A stretch of DNA of 62,837 nucleotides, counting the filler, from Aduncisulcus paluster (Eukaryota): the NCBI GenBank assembly GCA_024181965.1. It is 4 parts of 4 records of this genome, joined end to end, with 100 filler letters (N's around TTAATTAATTAA, not from the genome) between each part and the next. Parts side by side here need not be neighbours in the genome. Positions count along the whole stretch, not along the records: positions 1 to 26,387 come from BQXS01010005.1; 3 more parts are not named here. One strand, given 5' to 3'. Position numbers and translations under genes: made by a program. The notes under the pieces are model-generated. The model was not told the origin of the DNA, made no database searches, and was given only the letters and a program-made list of their open reading frames with translations. Shown here piece after piece: positions 12,401 through 20,269 of the stretch (position 1 is the first letter of the stretch; each line of letters opens with the position of its first letter).

Positions 12401-13270
12401 TTCTGTGCGTTCACCAACTATCTCCATGGAATGCATTGTCTGGACCAACTGGATGATCGATCTGCAACCATCCTGGCTCGTGCAGCCCTGTCCATCTCTC
12501 CTTTCTCTCCTTCTGCTCTTCTACTTCATGCACATGCAATGAGACTTCTTGAGAAAAATTATGATGCCTCGAAGTCAGCACAAGCTGCTGCCAACACAAG
12601 CGGGTTGAGCCCTGTTGTTTGTGTGGCTGCTGCTCAAATCTGCAGAAGGGTTGGGGCAGTCGAACAGGCCATTCAGATTCTTACTGCTTGCGAACTGACC
12701 CTTAAGACAACTTATGGAGAAGCATTTGGTTCTGATGGTTCTACTGGCCCATCTATATCAAGGATCACACATCACACAAGCGGAACAACAGCTGTTACCG
12801 TTACTTCGAGACAATTCTCTCTGTCTGCGGCTTCAAAGTCTCAGTCCTCACCCCTTCGCACTGTCCTTGCTCTTGTCCAATGCGAGTTGTGTATTTGTTT
12901 AATCAAAAGTGGAAGTTCCAAAGAAATGGATGCTCGCTTGAAGGCCAGGGAATGTGTTAAGAACGCAGGCGATGAGCTTGTATCAGTCCCTACATGGCCT
13001 CTTATTCTATATATAGCTCGTGAGAATGAAGGTGAGTCGGGCTCTTCAAAATCCGAAGAAGAGTCGCATTATCAGCATCTCTCTTTTTCTGGGGCTCCCA
13101 GCACAATTCCAGCACCAAGAATGAGGACGCGGGGAGGTTGGGAAGAAGGCATGAGGGAAGATTACAATAAGATGCGCGGAGTAGATGCTGGAAGGATTGC
13201 TGCTGTTCTTGATGTTAAGGAAGTGATGGATATCGTGAGTTCTCCTCTTATGAAGGGATGGATTGGATAA
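9437..13270 (+). CDS. CDC27: Divergent CDC27/APC3-like TPR subunit of the anaphase-promoting complex (includes a duplicated segment at a gap)
   Basis: N-terminal ALELALDLY...SLLAECYIRSNRYRQA, then GWFMFGKY...AQLCYKSCILLNPCHISAVEMLAQL, a long Ser-rich loop, and PHRILGLKYLAQALW...SALCVLCERM. This order of blocks matches Cdc27 (AVFLAERL...LLATCYYRSG; CYQKSLSLNP; RVEGMEIYSTTLW...ALSVL). Confidence 0.72.
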   Translation: MKSIQNLLQKYQVKTALELALDLYSVEPNYSSASLLAECYIRSNRYRQAVILIKKHINTFPLMSEDISRAVENSTEIDEDPTKFIFYQMSFCLYQLGYMAEFEESITKSPFFTSWKVIRKSIRHLLSKKDKEGFHTLLSMPGGSAGWFMFGKYHHSKNTAHAQLCYKSCILLNPCHISAVEMLAQLSHEPINRSLFSHVSQWIQEVECIKIPTSAVHFDVVPQKSEEPETTQKIEPVSSLPVSGQPRSQAPIISQHSPQTFSQNTQSISPKQSTLSPTLSSSSTSHHSFSSSSSSSSFLHPSSTHPCEPPPIKLRSRRQGRRRTMGRGRDSHSGHQDSHSAGQQNRRRSVSASVLGSPVKKLDFGSSMLDSSDSFPRAASSSSSACAASSSSFGPSSSSSSSSMGIISPATGQRSRPMRIAKHGAQGQSVVPASSTLKREQNPSPTFSVSPFAASFSSSAIENVSAVQVDFVTPTMMDFVTPTITSLTGSILDSSKTHPASGISSFKKHDHPKGKQEKGGNQRNERERRERIERKKVMKDDSSFSSQTIPLSCSNKKSVKINAIPQSATHQHSHYSYTIPSSSPALTNALVLIVNSHTTLLRHLLAHSPLPKLLDAFFAGNETKCPGNGTNNESFFHNPPPGVLILLSRALLASSLPGTAAQVMIYLKGILMKCPHRILGLKYLAQALWIRREVSALCVLCERMAVVSGLTGREGWQGTDLAREQVGDVGYQSLGIIGDAIERGMSGIGGAGGSGSGLSQNPGXXXXXXXYLKGILMKCPHRILGLKYLAQALWIRREVSALCFLCERMAVVSGLTGREGWQGTDLAREQVGDVGYQSLGIIGDAIERGMSGIGGAGGSGSGLSQNPGIVTRDGMKWWIGGEEKIIGSVYIKEKHQSQHSKTKGSKKETGSYGQYGVVQDTIGIGGGYNSTVVPSTIILSSNIAACPLVSINDHAVTCAMFLSCGMSKHTTSPADVTNLFELATLQEPFCAFTNYLHGMHCLDQLDDRSATILARAALSISPFSPSALLLHAHAMRLLEKNYDASKSAQAAANTSGLSPVVCVAAAQICRRVGAVEQAIQILTACELTLKTTYGEAFGSDGSTGPSISRITHHTSGTTAVTVTSRQFSLSAASKSQSSPLRTVLALVQCELCICLIKSGSSKEMDARLKARECVKNAGDELVSVPTWPLILYIARENEGESGSSKSEEESHYQHLSFSGAPSTIPAPRMRTRGGWEEGMREDYNKMRGVDAGRIAAVLDVKEVMDIVSSPLMKGWIG
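11432..12041. other. Scaffold gap (11727-11746) with a 295-bp duplicated flank
   Basis: 11432-11726 matches 11747-12041 apart from G11531/T11846. Confidence 0.9.
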
Positions 13271-13395
13271 TTATGAAATGATTTATTCACTTGATTCATG
13301 AAAATAAACTTTTTTGAAAAAAATGAAATTTGGATTTTAAATTTTGTTCAGATTTCAAAACAATATACAGAAATATATGATAAATATTTAATATA

Positions 13396-14394
13396 ATGGA
13401 AGAATTCGATTTAGAAAAATTAAAAAAATCTTTTAAAGATGATCAGAGCACACAAAATGAATTTATTCACACTTCAAAGCGATTTAAGGAATCCATAAGA
13501 CTTCAACAAGAAAAATCACGCCAAAAAATGTCTCACCCACAATTAGAAGATGTTCATTCTTCAATAGATTCTTTCTCTCGTTCGAGAAAACAGATTGAAA
13601 TTTCGTATAGGGATTTTCAAGAGAAATATGCTAATCCTGAACCTTCAATAGATCCATATGATATAATAAGATTATCAAAGAGCACAAAATCATATTCAAC
13701 ATCACTACACCGCTCACCCTCACCTAAGCCTTCTTCACCTGAACAAATTTCCTTATCGTTACAACAGCCAAAAAGAAAACCATCCATAAAGCTTAATTCA
13801 AATATACATTCATTTTATGACCGACGGAGAATATATCCTCACGAATCTACTCCACCTCATCATGACACTCATTTTCTGCAAAAATCAAGGGTGCCTTCAT
13901 CTTCTTTTAGGTCTCCATCGGTACAGGCATCATTACAGTTTGATAAACCCGGATATATGTGTGTATCTCGCCCTCGATCAGTGAAACGAAAAAACGATAA
14001 TGAGGCTACTCAAAAAACCCTTGCTTTGAAACGATCCTTGAGGAAGGCTGAGGAGAAAGCTGATAAATTACGTAATTTTTTGGAAGTTCAGAGAAGATTG
14101 CGTATTATTCATGGAGAGTACGGGGAATATGGGCGAGACCTCTCGTACTCTCCAACTTCTATATATGATTCTGAGAGGGGAACAAGTTCAACCCTTCGAA
14201 GTTCGAAACAGGTTGAGTCATATACAGAATACGCTGCCTCTTCTCGTGCATTACAAGATAAAGCATTTGAATTGGTTATGGCTGGGTCAGAGGAACTATC
14301 AAGACTTCTTCGTGAGGTTGATATCACTGATATGGGTATTGAAATGGATGTTCACAAAAAATATTTATACTCATTGCAACCCTCAGTAAAATAG
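13396..14394 (+). CDS. Hypothetical protein, Ser-rich/coiled-coil
   Basis: 332-aa ORF with ATG in an AATATAATG context and AT-rich flanks; no recognisable domain. Confidence 0.75.
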   Translation: MEEFDLEKLKKSFKDDQSTQNEFIHTSKRFKESIRLQQEKSRQKMSHPQLEDVHSSIDSFSRSRKQIEISYRDFQEKYANPEPSIDPYDIIRLSKSTKSYSTSLHRSPSPKPSSPEQISLSLQQPKRKPSIKLNSNIHSFYDRRRIYPHESTPPHHDTHFLQKSRVPSSSFRSPSVQASLQFDKPGYMCVSRPRSVKRKNDNEATQKTLALKRSLRKAEEKADKLRNFLEVQRRLRIIHGEYGEYGRDLSYSPTSIYDSERGTSSTLRSSKQVESYTEYAASSRALQDKAFELVMAGSEELSRLLREVDITDMGIEMDVHKKYLYSLQPSVK

Positions 14395-14571
14395 ATTGGA
14401 ACACTAAAATATGCAATAATTTGTATTACAAATTCATGATTCTCAGAAGCTGCATCGAGACGTCTGGAATGGCTGCAAGCAGTGGGAAAGTGGAATTTTA
14501 AAGAATATTCACCTAAAAATGATTATATTTTTAAAATAATTTTTAAATAAACTTTATTTGAATAATGATCA

Positions 14572-15259
14572 TCAAAGGGAGTCTGTTATAATCTTAAAAG
14601 ATTCAAATATTTTTGATCTAATATATGGGGATGATTTTTCAGGAGTATTCAATTTTAATAATTTATCTTTCGCTTCTATAGCATCCGCTAATGTGAATCC
14701 TAAATCGGAAGCAGATACCTTCGGTTTCCTCTTAAACCATCCAAACAAAGAGCGATGATCTTCTTTATCTAAATCCTTTTTCTCATCTATATCCTTCGAA
14801 GATGAAGGGATAGCATCTTCACTTGAAAGTCCAAGAATCTCTGCAGCACGATGAACAGGCATCTTTGGATGGGATAATCCAATCTTAGCTGGCAATTCTG
14901 TTATTATTTTTAACTCTTTTGAAAGGGAATGAACAAGAGATTTTGAATGAATGAACAAATTATATGAAAGTAGTTTAAAATGNNNNNNNNNNNNNNNNNN
15001 NNCGATGATCTTCTTTATCTAAATCCTTTTTCTCATCTATATCCTTCGAAGATGAAGGGATAGCATCTTCACTTGAAAGTCCAAGAATCTCTGCAGCACG
15101 ATGAACAGGCATCTTTGGATGGGATAATCCAATCTTAGCTGGCAATTCTGTTATTATTTTTAACTCTTTTGAAAGGGAATGAACAAGAGATTTTGAATGA
15201 ATGAACAAATTATATGAAAGTAGTTTAAAATGTTCATAATATTCAGTGATATTATGCAT
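14572..15259 (-). CDS. Pam16/Pam18 (Tim16/Tim14)-type J-like protein, ~145 aa after collapsing the gap duplication
   Basis: MPVHRAAEILGL ... AIEAKDKLLKLNTPEKSSPYIRSKIFESFKII resembles Pam18 MTKREAALILGV...IRDAHRRIMLLNHPDKGGSPYIAAKINEAKDLL, with HPD replaced by TPE. 14753-14982 is duplicated as 15003-15232 around the N gap. Confidence 0.68.
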
Positions 15260-15532
15260 TTTTCAGTATAATCAATATTTTAAGCAAAAAAACAAAAAAT
15301 TAAATACTATTAAAAGTTGCAAATGCGGACAAAATGATGTTTTGGGTGCAGCCTGCACAATAGGCCTCTCCCACCTCTTCTTTTGCATCCAACTTCCTAA
15401 ATAAAAGTCTGGGTTTACCAGAACTTTGTTCATGAGGATGGATTATCTTTAATCGAATTCAATCAAAATGAGGCTCAATAAATCAAGTTTTCCTGAGTTT
15501 TTCGTTCGAATCCTTCCTTGAAAACGCATTAA

Positions 15533-17149
15533 ATGTCTCTTCTAATACAAAAAGACACGGAACAAGTAATTTTTGGAATACCCGAGCTTGAAAAATTACG
15601 AGAATCGATAAGGAAGACGATAAGCGATCACGAATTTATCTCCCTATATAAAGAATGTCATTCTCATCTCAAAGCTATCTTTCATGAATTTACTTCACCC
15701 TCCGCTATCAGATCCAATCGAAATATCTTCGCCTTATGTTTCGAATGGTTATCCTTGTTCATGCGCAAGCTTAATCATAAAAATGAAGATAGAACTTCAA
15801 ATGAAGATGATATTGAGATTATTTTGAACGATCTTACTGACAATTTTATTGATCATCTATCGAGAGTGGAGGAAGTATTGGGAGATAACGTTGAACAAGA
15901 GTATTTAGAAATTTGTTTTCAATATGCTATCAAAGTTGAAGATAAAAAAGATAATGTTTCCAAAGATGTGTATCACAAATGGGATTCCTTCCTTCCAAAG
16001 ATCTTTCCCACTCTCCAACGAATTCTTGAGAGAGGAAGTAAGGAGAAGTTGGGAGATGCTCTAACTCAATCTGTATTAAAAATTCTTAATACCCTCTCTA
16101 AATCCCCTTCTTCTTCCACTCGATCCTCTATTTTCACGCTCATAAAACCATATATCAGAGATTGGCTAAGGATTTTCAATAGTGAGTGTCTTGGACAATT
16201 GATGGTTCTTCTATCTCAGATTACCCTCTCAAGTGATGATGAAACACCCGACAAATCTCTCTGTTCTGAAGCTTGGCCTTTCTTCCACCCTGTTCTTGAT
16301 GTTGTTAAGAGAGAGTTTGTTGGCAATAAGATTGTTAAGGATAAACATGAATATGTTTTTCTCTTCTTCGCTAATCTGTGTTGTGACCCCTCGCATGCAA
16401 TTGAAATATATGATAATGTTAAAGATCTTCTTGATGAATCGTATGATACCATTATGGAAAAAGGATACTACGATTATTGGGCAATCCATCTCTGGTCCTA
16501 TCTCATCGCCAAGCTCTCCACTGTTCCATCTCTTGTTCCCCAGGTATCTCTTAAATATGATGCTAAAATGACGCAATTCTCCATGTTTTATGTATACCTT
16601 TTTAATATATATTCATATCTGTCCACATATTATTTGCCAAAACTCCTTCACTCTATTCCTCCAGTCTCATTAATCCCTTCCATTGAAACATCTTTATGTC
16701 CTGAGAAAGATGGATATTCATTTGCTTCACATGTGTGTTGTGTAATGAATCTAAAAATAGATGATGAGAATGTCGGAAGAGCCTATTTTGTCAACATAAT
16801 CACAAAAAAGAGAACGGAAAAAGAAAGAAAATCCCATCAAATTATAAAACGTGGTAGTGTGTGTGTTAATGAGAAAAAGGAAGATAGGATCCAACTCTCA
16901 TCTATCATCCAATACACTCCTCCTCAACATTTACTTGTTAAGATGCCATTAGATGAGGAGAGAGCTTTGAGACAGTCTGTGTATGATCACATTGAATTCA
17001 CAGGTGGAGAGGTGGAGTCTTTGTTTGATCCCGATGACACATTCCAAGGCCAATTTGAAGGATATGATCAAGAAGAATGGAGAGAAGGGATGATAATGGT
17101 GGAAGAAACCGGGGAAGAAGAGGGAGAAGAGGAGGAAGAAGAAGAATGA
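15533..17149 (+). CDS. Hypothetical alpha-helical (ARM/HEAT-like) protein with acidic tail; probably a member of a lineage-expanded family
   Basis: 538-aa ORF with amphipathic Leu-rich helices and a poly-Glu C-terminus; its 3' flank recurs at 24119-24212. Confidence 0.7.
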   Translation: MSLLIQKDTEQVIFGIPELEKLRESIRKTISDHEFISLYKECHSHLKAIFHEFTSPSAIRSNRNIFALCFEWLSLFMRKLNHKNEDRTSNEDDIEIILNDLTDNFIDHLSRVEEVLGDNVEQEYLEICFQYAIKVEDKKDNVSKDVYHKWDSFLPKIFPTLQRILERGSKEKLGDALTQSVLKILNTLSKSPSSSTRSSIFTLIKPYIRDWLRIFNSECLGQLMVLLSQITLSSDDETPDKSLCSEAWPFFHPVLDVVKREFVGNKIVKDKHEYVFLFFANLCCDPSHAIEIYDNVKDLLDESYDTIMEKGYYDYWAIHLWSYLIAKLSTVPSLVPQVSLKYDAKMTQFSMFYVYLFNIYSYLSTYYLPKLLHSIPPVSLIPSIETSLCPEKDGYSFASHVCCVMNLKIDDENVGRAYFVNIITKKRTEKERKSHQIIKRGSVCVNEKKEDRIQLSSIIQYTPPQHLLVKMPLDEERALRQSVYDHIEFTGGEVESLFDPDDTFQGQFEGYDQEEWREGMIMVEETGEEEGEEEEEEE

Positions 17150-17187
17150 AGACCACCAAGCCAATAATGATTTGGTGGTTCTTTATG

Positions 17188-17270
17188 TTGCCGAATCCAA
17201 ACTTTTCTCTTCTTCTTGAAACATAAGAAGAGAGAACTAGAACTGGTCTATGAAGTCTATTCTTTTTATT
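17188..17270. repeat. Dispersed repeat, copy 1
   Basis: TTGCCGAATCCAA-CTTTTCTCTTCT...AACATAAGAAGAGA...ATGAA...TTCTTTT is shared with 24119-24212. Confidence 0.75.
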
Positions 17271-17486
17271 ATATTTTTTTCAGAAAACACAAAAACAATT
17301 TTATTGCCACTCACTGGGTTTTACTGGCAGTAAAGTACTCAGTCCAGGCTGGCACTAGCTACTTAATGATAAAATAAAACTTGAAATTTGAATACACGAA
17401 GAAAAATATCATTCTTAAGTGAATTGAAAACAACTTGTGATCAAAGGGGCTTTGAAAGGCAATGGGGTCTTTTCCTCTCGAATACA

Positions 17487-19037
17487 ATGTCTTCACAGTA
17501 TAAGGGAACAGAAATTGAGGTGATTGATGAAAAGGAATACATTAAAACATTTGATATTTCTAAAGAGGATCTTGTAGAACCTTCCGAAGATCTAGCCACA
17601 TTATCAGTCGAAATATTGAAAGATTTCGAAACCAGAAGTGATTTTTCATCTTTAGGTTTTTCCTTCACGTCTGATTCATTCCCTAAAGAACCATCTATTG
17701 ATCAATTCTCCCAATTCTTTTCTGAATTGGATAAATGTATCAGAATGAAGGAGAACACTATAAAAAAAATACCTGAGATATTATTAGTTCCTCTTACAGA
17801 GCGATTATTACAAGTAATTTTACCTAATGCGAGCTGTAAACAATCTGTACTGTCAATTTTGTCCTATCTTTCTGTAAACAGATTAACAAGTGAGAAGACC
17901 GCCTTACTATTCCAATTTAATACCATGACAATATTGATGGCATATGCTGCCTTCTCATGTGAATCATCTGTACTTATGTTGACTTTTTTGAGTGCTATCT
18001 TACGTAAGCGACGTGAACATGAACTATTGCATAAAAGGACTGAAAAACACAAATCTAGATCCAGGTCAGGCAGTTTCCGTGGTTCCATTGGTGATTCACT
18101 CCCTCTTCATGATCATCCTTGTGATATTGGGGTTTCCTCTTTCACCATATTACCTCCAATTCCCTTTTATGATGAAACAGTTGGTTTATTGTTCACTTTG
18201 TGGAGGAAACACTCATCTGATCCCCGTATTTGTCTCTTCTTCCTTGATATTATTCACCATGCTTGTAAGACAGATATTTCTCTCCATCGTTTCTATAACC
18301 ATGGTTTGGCATCTCTTTTGAAGGAAACTGCCATGGAACATAGCAAAAGAATTGAGATAGTTCGTCGAGTAATCTCAGTCGCTGAAGCCGGCATTCGTCA
18401 ATTCGATGTAAAGCTTAAATTGCTTCAGGAAGGATATGTACAATTGTGTGAGAGTGCATTAATGTCATTTGCGACTCATCAGCCACTGGCTTTGGCTGCT
18501 TGCCGGTTGCTGGTTGTATTATGTTATGTTGGTTACCGGTTAGAAACGGGTGAAGGTATACGTCTTCCCTGGAGGTTACGATTGGATGTTATTGGTGAAG
18601 TCATCATCCAACATCGTAGATCTCTCGCTGGATGTGCTGCAAGCTTTATTATGTTCGTTCTTGAAGACAAGGATCCAAGTCGGTTGCGTCGTGACATTTT
18701 TTATTCATTTGAGTCGTGTGTATTCCATGATTTTGAGAAATATCATATTCATGTAGCATCATTTTCACAACATACTCAATATGAAAACCACAGGTATCTC
18801 GTAAAGACTGACATTCCCAAGAGATTAAGAAAGTATTATGTCAAACCATCACAAATGAAATTTGGAGAGAAACTCGTTATGCTTCTTTACCGAAGAGATA
18901 GTAATCCCAAGAAAATATGTGCTGTGTGCCATGGCCATAGAAACACTGACGTTTATCAAATGGTTGTTACCTGGAGATTAGAGTTCTCAAAGATTGGATA
19001 TACATTGAATGTTAACCCCACATTATTTAAACCCTAA
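17487..19037 (+). CDS. Hypothetical ARM-like helical protein
   Basis: Long ORF; the first in-frame ATG is at 17487 (MSSQYKG), whereas the track start at 17388 is TTG. Confidence 0.75.
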   Translation: MSSQYKGTEIEVIDEKEYIKTFDISKEDLVEPSEDLATLSVEILKDFETRSDFSSLGFSFTSDSFPKEPSIDQFSQFFSELDKCIRMKENTIKKIPEILLVPLTERLLQVILPNASCKQSVLSILSYLSVNRLTSEKTALLFQFNTMTILMAYAAFSCESSVLMLTFLSAILRKRREHELLHKRTEKHKSRSRSGSFRGSIGDSLPLHDHPCDIGVSSFTILPPIPFYDETVGLLFTLWRKHSSDPRICLFFLDIIHHACKTDISLHRFYNHGLASLLKETAMEHSKRIEIVRRVISVAEAGIRQFDVKLKLLQEGYVQLCESALMSFATHQPLALAACRLLVVLCYVGYRLETGEGIRLPWRLRLDVIGEVIIQHRRSLAGCAASFIMFVLEDKDPSRLRRDIFYSFESCVFHDFEKYHIHVASFSQHTQYENHRYLVKTDIPKRLRKYYVKPSQMKFGEKLVMLLYRRDSNPKKICAVCHGHRNTDVYQMVVTWRLEFSKIGYTLNVNPTLFKP

Positions 19038-19082
19038 TAAAATTATAGCTTCAATAAAATTATCGTTCACAATCTCCAAGGG

Positions 19083-19180
19083 ATTGATAGATAGTGCCGG
19101 CGGCCGGCAACTTCGTTGAACGCGATCACCGCCGGCGGCATTATCACTGATCGATGCCGTGTTTGATATCGAATCGCATC
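19083..19180 (+). ncRNA. Candidate structured RNA (long GC-rich hairpin plus a second small hairpin), family unknown
   Basis: GATAGTGCCG/CGGCATTATC, CGGC/GCCG, ATTGAT/ATCGAT and GATGC/GCATC pairings; the wobble pairs are G-U on the + strand; GC island in AT-rich intergenic DNA. Confidence 0.4.
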
Positions 19181-19323
19181 ATAATTAATTTGAATCATTC
19201 GTTAATTTTGATTATTTTCAGATTTTATTGAAATTTTATTAATATTGTGTTGGTTGAGCTTGTAGTTTTAATTTTATAATTTTTTTTATCAAATCTGGTT
19301 TTGACACGATTATAGAAAAGAAT

Positions 19324-19830
19324 ATGAGTCCAAAATACGTTCCCATTGAAGATTATCCTGATAAATTGATTCCTGATGAAGAAGCCAGTGGTAAAATGGG
19401 TGAATTAATGCTCTCCGGTCATCAGATGATGGAACAGAGTTGTGGAGGTCCAAATTGCAGATATCCATTGATGTTAAACATAAAAGATAAAGTAGCTTAC
19501 TGTTGTCATTGTGGCAGATCATTATATCCCGAAGAGGAAGTGAAATCAATTTTGGCCAAGGCTGAAGAAGAAAAGGAACCAAAATGTACCAAAGAACCCG
19601 AAATAACCGATTGTGACGCTCTTTCCTTGCTTGATAAGACTCTTTCAGTGGCAACAATTACTCAATACTGCCTCGTTGATTCTCTTGAATCTCTTAAACA
19701 ACTTGAAAAAAATGCCGATAAGATATCTCCAATGGAAGTAAGTACCATCACAAAGGATATTATTGGGACAAAGTTGGAAATTTTGAGGAGCTATGTTGAG
19801 TTACGTGCGGTGTTGAAAAAGAAGGAGTAA
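19324..19830 (+). CDS. SSSCA1/ZNRD2-like zinc-ribbon protein (Auto_anti-p27 family)
   Basis: SGKMGELMLSGHQMMEQSCGGPNCRYPLM...AYCCHC fits the family pattern S..MGE.LL.G..ML...C..C..PL......C..C. Confidence 0.78.
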   Translation: MSPKYVPIEDYPDKLIPDEEASGKMGELMLSGHQMMEQSCGGPNCRYPLMLNIKDKVAYCCHCGRSLYPEEEVKSILAKAEEEKEPKCTKEPEITDCDALSLLDKTLSVATITQYCLVDSLESLKQLEKNADKISPMEVSTITKDIIGTKLEILRSYVELRAVLKKKE

Positions 19831-20269
19831 TCAAACTTTGAGATTATCGAGGTTGAACCTCTATTCCAGACACAAGAAGAATTTTATTTGATTATATCAC
19901 AGATCAAAAAAATAGTTATTAAATCGACCAATAAAAATTGGGAATTGATCAGAATGATCAATGAATATGATTCCCTTTGAGATGTGATTTATGTATAATA
20001 TATTTTGAGAATATTTTGCTTTTCCCATATTGATTATGTAATATTAATTCATTTGTCGATATCAAATCATTGGAATATCAATACTATTGATACTATCGGA
20101 TAGTATCCACGATTTTCTTGCGGTTCAATCAAGAAAACGATACCTTTTCATTTTAAATTTCAATATTTTGATACTATAATCCTTTTTTATCACCTATATC
20201 ATTAAATTATTCAGAGTTCCCTTATTATTAATATTTTTTTCACACTGTCATATTATTCTCAATTAATTT

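Noticed and set aside
19083..19155. SECIS element
   Set aside because: Spacing from a UGA-type core to an AA loop does not fit, and the upstream ORF ends in TAA with no in-frame TGA.
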